64,000 bases of DNA. It comes from Burkholderiaceae bacterium (GTDB taxonomy: Bacteria; Pseudomonadota; Gammaproteobacteria; Burkholderiales; Burkholderiaceae_B). Shown here piece after piece: positions 39,476 to 46,163 of the stretch (the stretch's first letter is position 1; the number at the start of each line of letters is the position of its first letter). Location of the stretch: positions 13,052-77,051 of the forward strand of contig JBDNHM010000027.1 of assembly GCA_041688825.1 (NCBI GenBank), read 5' to 3'. The notes beneath the pieces were generated by a model that saw only the letters and a program-made list of their open reading frames with translations, had not been told where the DNA came from and ran no database searches. The translations under genes were made by a program, and so were the position numbers.

Positions 39476-40225
39476 ATGTCAGCTATACAAATACAAAATC
39501 TACATAAGACTTACCTAGGTGAACCGCCTGTTCAAGCGCTCGAGGGTATTGAGCTTACAGTAAATGATGGTGAGTTTATTGCCCTGCTTGGACCGTCAGG
39601 TTGCGGTAAGTCAACCCTGCTTAACCTAATCGCTGCTTTTGAAAACCCAAGTTCTGGCGAATTACTGGTGCACGGTGAGACACACGATAAACCGGGCCCT
39701 GATCGGGGCGTCGTGTTTCAAGAAGCCGCTTTGTTCCCTTGGCTAAACGTTTGGGAAAATGTTGTCTTTGGCCCAAAAATAAAAGGCATTTCTGCGTCTG
39801 AGTATGAAGACAAAGCCAATGAAATGCTTAAAATTGTTGGCCTCTCAGACTTTAAAAAACATCTACCTGTTCAGCTATCAGGTGGCATGCGACAGCGTGT
39901 CGGCATTGCCCGTATTTTGACACTAGGCTCTCGCGTTTTGTTGATGGACGAACCCTTTGGCGCGCTTGATGCACAAACGCGTTTGTCAATGCAAGAGCTA
40001 CTGCTTTCAGTTTGGCAGCAGTTAAAACCTACTATTATTTTTGTCACGCACGATATTGATGAGGCGATTTTCTTAGCTGACAATATTTATGTGATGTCAG
40101 CACGCCCCGGGCGCATTGCTCAAAAAATAGTGGTGCCCTTGCCTAGGCCGCGCACCATTACCGACACCACTTCAGAGGTTTTTAATCAACTAAAACGTGA
40201 AATTCTTTTACAGATTCGACATTAA
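39476..40225 (+). CDS. ABC transporter ATP-binding protein
   Basis: Walker A GPSGCGKST, signature LSGGMRQRV and Walker B LLMDEPFGALD. Confidence 0.85.
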   Translation: MSAIQIQNLHKTYLGEPPVQALEGIELTVNDGEFIALLGPSGCGKSTLLNLIAAFENPSSGELLVHGETHDKPGPDRGVVFQEAALFPWLNVWENVVFGPKIKGISASEYEDKANEMLKIVGLSDFKKHLPVQLSGGMRQRVGIARILTLGSRVLLMDEPFGALDAQTRLSMQELLLSVWQQLKPTIIFVTHDIDEAIFLADNIYVMSARPGRIAQKIVVPLPRPRTITDTTSEVFNQLKREILLQIRH

Positions 40226-40307
40226 TTGATATTAATGGGCACTCACTGCACTGACTGTACTTTCTGTACTGATGGCGTTTATATTTTTTTAATGGTGCAC
40301 ACAATAA

Positions 40308-41198
40308 ATGGCTAACCCGCGCATACCGTATCGTTTTTCTAATGATGGCCCAGTGCTTAAACCACACGAAAAAGGGCCTATTATCGTTCACCTAGTCGTT
40401 AACGTTGAAAATTGGCAGTTTGATACGGCCATGCCTCGCACCATCATTACCCCACCGCATGGCAAAGAAACTGTACCTGATGTGCCAAACTTTTCTTGGG
40501 CCGACTACGGTATGCGTGCAGGTCTACCCCGGTTGATTGAGGCCATTACCAGTCGCGGCCTGCCCGCCTCAACCAGTATCAACGCCAGTGTTTTGAAGTC
40601 TTATGCACCTGCTGCGGTTGCCATGCATCATGCCGGGTGGGAATTTATTGGTCACGGCATGCATCAAAAATCAATTCAGCAAGCCGGCGATGAAGCCGAG
40701 GTCGTTCAGCAAAGTTTAGACACGCTACAGGCACTAACAGGCTGCAAAGCCCGCGGTTGGCTCAGCCCTGGTCTTAGAGAGAGCCACGACACCCCAGATG
40801 TTTTAAAGGCTTGCGGGCTAGATTATGTGTTTGATTGGGTCGTTGACGATGTGCCGCACTGGATGCAAACTAAGAACGGCCCGTTACTAACCATGCCCTA
40901 CAACTTAGAGCTAAATGATTCAATCATTTACGCAATTGAAAAGCATGCCACAGGGCAGTTTCTTGATCGTACAACACGCACGCTCAAGCTGTTTGAACGC
41001 GAAGCACCATTACACCCACGTGTTTTAGCTATAGGGTTACACCCACATTTAATGGGTGTACCGCACCGTTTAGGTGAATTTGAAAGCATGCTTGATCTGT
41101 TGATGCAAAGCCCACAAGTCTGCTTTTTAAAGCCACATGAAATATATGACTGGTTCGCTAAACAAGTGCCTGCCCTTTTACCCCTAATGGAAAAATAA
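40308..41198 (+). CDS. Polysaccharide-deacetylase-fold hydrolase, PuuE-like paralogue
   Basis: HLVVNVENWQFD and IGHGMHQ align by eye with the PuuE blocks QFVLNYEEGGE and IACHGLRW. 296 aa. Confidence 0.65.
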   Translation: MANPRIPYRFSNDGPVLKPHEKGPIIVHLVVNVENWQFDTAMPRTIITPPHGKETVPDVPNFSWADYGMRAGLPRLIEAITSRGLPASTSINASVLKSYAPAAVAMHHAGWEFIGHGMHQKSIQQAGDEAEVVQQSLDTLQALTGCKARGWLSPGLRESHDTPDVLKACGLDYVFDWVVDDVPHWMQTKNGPLLTMPYNLELNDSIIYAIEKHATGQFLDRTTRTLKLFEREAPLHPRVLAIGLHPHLMGVPHRLGEFESMLDLLMQSPQVCFLKPHEIYDWFAKQVPALLPLMEK

Positions 41199-41201
41199 AA
41201 A

Positions 41202-41984
41202 ATGGATCTGCAACTTAAAGGTAAACACGTACTCATCACTGGCGCCTCAAAAGGCATTGGGCTTGAAATTGCCATGTCTTTTTGTCGTGAAGGGTGTGAT
41301 GTCACCATTAACGGTCGGGATCAAAAACTACTAGCAGTTGCGGCCAATAAATTACTTGATGCCACAGGTATTCAAGTCAAAACGGTTGCCGCTGATTTAT
41401 CAAACACGGCGGGTATTGCAACATTAGTTGAGGCTGCCGGTTCAATTGATATTTTGATTAACAACGCAGGGGCCATACCAGGCGGCGACTTATTTGCCTT
41501 AGACGATGCCACGTGGCGCCGTGCATGGGACTTAAAATTATTTGGTTACATTGATATGGTTCGTCAATGCCTACCCGCTATGCAAAAACGCGGAAGTGGC
41601 GTAATTTTTAATGTGATTGGTATGGCAGGAAGTGTGCCACGAGCGGGTTACATTTGCGGTTCTGTTGCCAATGCAGCATTAATAGCATTTACAAAAGCCA
41701 TGGGTGCTGCCAGTACTGACCATGGCGTTCGCATACTGGGTCTTAACCCATCGCAAACACGCACTGATCGCATTGAAACCTTGATGCGCGTTCAGGCTGA
41801 AAAACAATTGGGCGATTCAAATAAGTGGTTTGATTTAACCCAAAAGCTGGCATTTGGTCGATTAGCTGAGCCACAAGAGATTGCTGACTTAGTTGTATTT
41901 GCAAGCTCTGCGCGTGCCAGCTATTTGTCTGGCACCGTGATTGATGTTGATGGTGGCATGCAGTACCGTGATGCCCGAGGTTAA
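41202..41984 (+). CDS. SDR-fold oxidoreductase with atypical catalytic segment
   Basis: TGASKGIG cofactor motif and NNAG. The expected YxxxK region reads AGYICGSVANAAL, with Ser at Y+4 and Asn at Y+7. Confidence 0.75.
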   Translation: MDLQLKGKHVLITGASKGIGLEIAMSFCREGCDVTINGRDQKLLAVAANKLLDATGIQVKTVAADLSNTAGIATLVEAAGSIDILINNAGAIPGGDLFALDDATWRRAWDLKLFGYIDMVRQCLPAMQKRGSGVIFNVIGMAGSVPRAGYICGSVANAALIAFTKAMGAASTDHGVRILGLNPSQTRTDRIETLMRVQAEKQLGDSNKWFDLTQKLAFGRLAEPQEIADLVVFASSARASYLSGTVIDVDGGMQYRDARG

Positions 41985-42009
41985 GTTTTTTTAAGAAGAG
42001 CCCAAACCG

Positions 42010-42078
42010 TTGCAATTAGTAGATATTAGCCATTTTTGCCAGCATGCCAGCCAAGGTTAGTATCGTACTAATTTGCAA
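42010..42078 (+). other. Long imperfect hairpin in the 3' region of the operon (plus-strand RNA structure candidate)
   Basis: 22 bp pair between 42010-42031 and 42055-42078, with two single-nt bulges and two G-U pairs that would be C-A mismatches on the minus strand. 23-nt loop. Lies between the convergent SDR and ogt genes. Confidence 0.4.
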
Positions 42079-42117
42079 CCCATAAAGCCAACAAAATTTT
42101 CGACAAACTAGACAAAA

Positions 42118-42780
42118 CTATCTGTTTGTAGGGCTATGCATTTGCGCGGCTTCCCAAGCTAACAATGCTTTTTTACGGGCATCACCCCACCGATAATGAC
42201 CGGTTTCACCGTTTTGGCGAATCACACGGTGACAGGGTATGAGAAAACCGACGCGATTGACGGCTAAGGCACTGCCCACTGCACGTGCAGCCTTTGGGTA
42301 ACCAGCGTAGACGGCAAGTTGTTTGTAAGAAACAACCCGACCTAAATCGATGTGCATCAAAGCTTGCCAGACTTTTATCTGGAAAGGCGTGCCTTGTAAT
42401 AAAAGCTTAACCTTCCCAAGGTCACCTTGCGGTGGCCTTAAATGATTTAAGGGGAAGATCAAACTCAACAGTTGCATCGCAGCTTGATCATCTTGAATAA
42501 ATATTGCCTGAGGCCAATGCGCCTTAAGTTCAGCCGTCATCTGCTCATCATAATTGGCTGCACATGACGCCACAAATGCAACGTGACAAACACCGCGCGA
42601 CGTCCAACCTACAAGCAGATCACCAATGGGTGTTGAACCAAACCCATGTTGAATCTTCAAGCCCTGCCCACCCCGTTCTGATTCATCGGGCGACAAAACT
42701 TCGCATGAAATGATTTGAGCGTCCATCTTATTTAGATCCGTATCGTAAAACATAAACTTCAAATCTTTTGTATCGCTCAT
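42118..42780 (-). CDS. ogt: Methylated-DNA--protein-cysteine methyltransferase
   Basis: C-terminal PCHRVI active site and a helix-turn-wing region (VSYKQLA...GYPKAARAVGSA). Confidence 0.85.
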   Translation of the reverse strand: MSDTKDLKFMFYDTDLNKMDAQIISCEVLSPDESERGGQGLKIQHGFGSTPIGDLLVGWTSRGVCHVAFVASCAANYDEQMTAELKAHWPQAIFIQDDQAAMQLLSLIFPLNHLRPPQGDLGKVKLLLQGTPFQIKVWQALMHIDLGRVVSYKQLAVYAGYPKAARAVGSALAVNRVGFLIPCHRVIRQNGETGHYRWGDARKKALLAWEAAQMHSPTNR

Positions 42781-42865
42781 CTAATGCCTATAATGTGTTC
42801 CTTCATTTAAATGAATATACGTTCTCATTTTTAAGTTCATTTTGTACTTAAATTAGATTTGCTAA

Positions 42866-42900
42866 TTGCACCTTGCACTTTGCACTTTGCACTTTGCACT
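42866..42900. repeat. Heptanucleotide tandem repeat (TTGCACT) x4 perfect + 1 imperfect
   Basis: TTGCACC TTGCACT TTGCACT TTGCACT TTGCACT ends 11 nt before the ATG at 42912, in the ogt/DUF3025-like divergent region. Confidence 0.9.
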
Positions 42901-42911
42901 TCACCCAAACT

Positions 42912-43820
42912 ATGCCTAAATATACTCCTCCCCAAGTTTGGCAATATAATTTCTCTAAGCACCCACTCTTTGCAGGGTATGAATCTGTTTGTCGTGAACT
43001 AGGGGGAAATAGTTGGCCAAACACAAGCGTCTTAAATCACTTGGCTCTCAAAAAAAATGTTTTGAACGCCCGACAAGTACCCATTCAATTTTCTGAACAG
43101 GAAGCACCTAGGGGCCAACGTTCGTATGAGACGAAAATTTATCAAACAGGTATTGTGCCGACCCGAAATGAAAATTGGCACGACTTTTTAAATGCATGTG
43201 CATGGTTAACATGGCCTAAATTAAAAGCAGCATTGAATCATATTCATTGCTCACAAGTTAATCTCATTCACACAAATGTTGAGCATGCAGTAAACGACAA
43301 TAAAGATGTTAATTTTTTGGCTCGATGTCACGACACACCTACAATAAGTGACCCCTTTAAACGCAGCAACGAGTCTGACACGGCAACTTTATTTGATGAA
43401 AGTGGCGCCGTTCTTATTGGCCCTGACCCACGATTAGCGCAATGGTTAATTGGCCACGATTGGCAAAATGCATTTGTAACGCATCGGCATCTTTGGCAAA
43501 GCCATCGCCTGCTCGTAGTCGGCCATGCCGTACTTGAAAAAACGCTAAGCCCTTATCCTGGCATGATCGCTAAGGTGCTTTACCAGCCCTACCCTGCTTG
43601 CTCACCAAATCAAAACCTAGACGATATAGTCAAGTTAGTTGATACATTACTTGCCAAGCGTTGGTTCAACCAAGCATTCACCAAGCCATCAGATCTTTTT
43701 GCATTGCCATTATTGGGCTTGCCCGGGGTTGATACACAGAATGAAGACGTAAATTACTATAAAAATGAAAAGGTATTTAGACCCTTAAGTTCTCAGCTCA
43801 GTTTTTGTCACGCCATCTAA
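42912..43820 (+). CDS. Conserved hypothetical protein (recalled as DUF3025-like)
   Basis: Long ORF with a block GIVPTRNENWHDFLNACAWLTWPKLK that I recall from DUF3025-type proteins (recollection only). I chose the ATG at 42912. The ORF is also open from a TTG at 42873 inside the heptamer repeat. Confidence 0.45.
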   Translation: MPKYTPPQVWQYNFSKHPLFAGYESVCRELGGNSWPNTSVLNHLALKKNVLNARQVPIQFSEQEAPRGQRSYETKIYQTGIVPTRNENWHDFLNACAWLTWPKLKAALNHIHCSQVNLIHTNVEHAVNDNKDVNFLARCHDTPTISDPFKRSNESDTATLFDESGAVLIGPDPRLAQWLIGHDWQNAFVTHRHLWQSHRLLVVGHAVLEKTLSPYPGMIAKVLYQPYPACSPNQNLDDIVKLVDTLLAKRWFNQAFTKPSDLFALPLLGLPGVDTQNEDVNYYKNEKVFRPLSSQLSFCHAI

Positions 43821-44451
43821 AATAAGTGCGATACAAAAAGACACTTAACACCATGCCCCACACCATACCGACAAACATACCGGCGAGCATGGCGCCTAAA
43901 CTTAAATTGCTAGCACTTGTCTGCTGAAAAATCTGAACAAAAAATACCGCACCGATTGTCATGCCAAGTAGCATCCAGACAGAACACAATATATTTTGAG
44001 TTAATAACGAACACAGCTTACGACAATCGGGTCGCAGTAAGCGCAAACTTGGAATGGCCGCTAAACCACCCATCAACATACCAATATGCATATAGGGCAT
44101 TAACGCAATATGTAAGCGCAAGGAATCAAAAAATGAAAGGGCTTGCGTGGTTGAACAAATAGAGGCAATGATAGCAAGCGGTGTTCGTTGAAAGTCAAAA
44201 AACAAACCGATCAACATGCCACCAAAACCAAGCGTCAACATAACGTGGGGCGGTGAAAGCCCCATGGCTTGTGGCCGCAAGCGTGACAACACATAACAAC
44301 CACCGCCCACACTTAATAAAGATACATAAAAAATCTTCCACCAATCATGTGCTGCCGCGCTGTTGACATACAAGAGAGTCAGCGCGACTGCAGTGACCAA
44401 CGTTAGGGTCACCAGTACATTTGTGTTTCGCAATAGAAATGAATTTTGCAC
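43798..44451 (-). CDS. Hypothetical polytopic membrane protein, Met/Gly-rich helices
   Basis: About 6 predicted TM helices with recurring G-M motifs (GGMLIG, MHIGMLMGG, LLGMTIG, AGMFVGMVWGM). Divergent from coxM. Its 3' end overlaps the convergent gene by 23 nt. Confidence 0.45.
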   Translation of the reverse strand: MQNSFLLRNTNVLVTLTLVTAVALTLLYVNSAAAHDWWKIFYVSLLSVGGGCYVLSRLRPQAMGLSPPHVMLTLGFGGMLIGLFFDFQRTPLAIIASICSTTQALSFFDSLRLHIALMPYMHIGMLMGGLAAIPSLRLLRPDCRKLCSLLTQNILCSVWMLLGMTIGAVFFVQIFQQTSASNLSLGAMLAGMFVGMVWGMVLSVFLYRTYFRWRDKN

Positions 44452-44543
44452 GATGTCACGCTTAATTAATAACTACTATTAAAGCTTATTTTAAAAGACA
44501 ACGATGTAAAGACATTTAACACATACTTGTTTGCTCAAACCCA

Positions 44544-44578
44544 TAGCTAAATACTAACTTATTAATAGTATTTAGCTA
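44544..44578. promoter_or_regulatory. 13-bp perfect inverted repeat in the cox divergent promoter region
   Basis: TAGCTAAATACTA-N9-TAGTATTTAGCTA. It lies 172 nt upstream of the coxM ATG and 93 nt upstream of the divergent membrane-protein ATG. Confidence 0.45.
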
Positions 44579-44749
44579 AGCCATCTAACAAACAAAAATG
44601 TAGAAATACCGTGATGACAAAATGTAAAGATATCGTAAACCCTTAAAGCGTTAAATACTTCTTTTAACAAGTTGTTTAGATCAGTATATTTGTACATATT
44701 AAAAGACCATTGATAAATCAATCTGATCTTGTCAACCAAGGAGACCTGA

Positions 44750-45613
44750 ATGATTCCCCCAGAGTTTGAATACCACGCACCAAAAACCTTAAGTGATGCC
44801 GTTGCATTGTTAAATCAGTATGGCGAAGATGCAAAAATTTTAGCAGGCGGTCACAGCTTGCTGCCCATGATGAAATTGCGATTTGCTGAACCCCCTCATT
44901 TGATTGATTTAAATAAAATCGACCAGCTCAGAGGTATCAAAGAAGAAGGCGGCATGATAAAAATTGGCGCCATGACGGTTGAAAGCGCCCTGCTTAATTC
45001 AGACCTACTGAAAGAAAAAGTTTCATTGATACCCAAGGCCGTTAAATTAATTGCCGACCCACAAGTTCGCAACCGTGGCACCATTGGTGGTGACATTGCC
45101 CACGGCGACCCAGCCAATGATCACCCCGCCATCATGATGGCCCTTGATGCAACCTTTGTATTGACTGGCCCTGATGGTGAGCGCTCAGTAAAAGCAGTTA
45201 ATTTCTTTCATGGCACCTACATGACTGATCTCAAAGAAAACGAAATTTTGACTGAAATACACATTGCACCGCTGCCTGCAAATACAGGTACCGCTTATTT
45301 CAAGTTAAAACGTAAAACAGGTGATTGGGCAACCGCAGCAGCCGCCATTGTTTTACAAATGAATGGCGACAAAGTGTCAATGGTACGCATTGGCTTAACC
45401 AACGTTGCCGACACCGCCCTGCGCGCGACCGATGCAGAAAACATGTTGATGGGTCAAACGCTTTCTGAAGACTTATTAAACAAAGTGGTTGATGCCGTAA
45501 CAGCCATATGCAACCCAGCAGAAGATTTACGTGGTGATGCAGAATACAAAACCGCTATGGCAGGCGTCATGACCAAACGCGCCTTATTAGATGCCGCAAG
45601 CCAAATACGTTAA
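44750..45613 (+). CDS. coxM: Aerobic CO dehydrogenase medium (FAD) subunit
   Basis: FAD-binding AGGHSLLPMMKLR motif. M-S-L gene order. Confidence 0.9.
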   Translation: MIPPEFEYHAPKTLSDAVALLNQYGEDAKILAGGHSLLPMMKLRFAEPPHLIDLNKIDQLRGIKEEGGMIKIGAMTVESALLNSDLLKEKVSLIPKAVKLIADPQVRNRGTIGGDIAHGDPANDHPAIMMALDATFVLTGPDGERSVKAVNFFHGTYMTDLKENEILTEIHIAPLPANTGTAYFKLKRKTGDWATAAAAIVLQMNGDKVSMVRIGLTNVADTALRATDAENMLMGQTLSEDLLNKVVDAVTAICNPAEDLRGDAEYKTAMAGVMTKRALLDAASQIR

Positions 45614-45638
45614 TTGACCCAACATTCGGAGACACACC

Positions 45639-46130
45639 ATGAGTAAAACTTTAGTTAGTATGAACATTAACGGCAAAAAAGTTGAAGAAGCCGTTGAACA
45701 CCGCACACTACTGATTCATTTTTTAAGAGAACAACTTAATTTAACGGGTGCACATATTGGTTGTGAAACCGGCCACTGCGGTGCCTGTACCGTTGATATT
45801 GACGGTGACTCGGTTAAGTCTTGTACGCACTTGGCTGTTCAATGCGAAGGCAGCGACATCTTAACGGTTGAAGGCTTGGCACAAAATGGGGTGTTGCATG
45901 CCGTTCAAGAAGGCTTTTACAAAGAACATGGTTTGCAATGTGGCTACTGTACCCCTGGCATGCTGGTTCGCAGCTATCGACTTTTAATTGAAAACCCAAA
46001 CCCTACAGAAGAAGAAATACGCATCGGAATTTCAGGCAATTTATGCCGCTGCACGGGCTACCAAAACATTGTTAAAGCCGTGCAATACGCTGCAAAAAAA
46101 TTACAAGAAACAGCAACTGTTGCCGCCTAA
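45639..46130 (+). CDS. coxS: Aerobic CO dehydrogenase small ([2Fe-2S]) subunit
   Basis: Cys clusters [18 protein letters not shown] and CRCTGY. Confidence 0.9.
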   Translation: MSKTLVSMNINGKKVEEAVEHRTLLIHFLREQLNLTGAHIGCETGHCGACTVDIDGDSVKSCTHLAVQCEGSDILTVEGLAQNGVLHAVQEGFYKEHGLQCGYCTPGMLVRSYRLLIENPNPTEEEIRIGISGNLCRCTGYQNIVKAVQYAAKKLQETATVAA

Positions 46131-46163
46131 AGCGACTCAAACTATACGTAACGGAGACCAAAC

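Noticed and set aside
42873-42911. A TTG start at 42873 would translate the heptamer repeat as the N-terminus (MHFALCTLHFTQT) of the DUF3025-like protein.
   Set aside because: There is no ribosome-binding site, and the repeat-encoded peptide looks non-native. I prefer the ATG at 42912. I kept the alternative in mind in the phase-variation finding because it cannot be excluded from the sequence alone.
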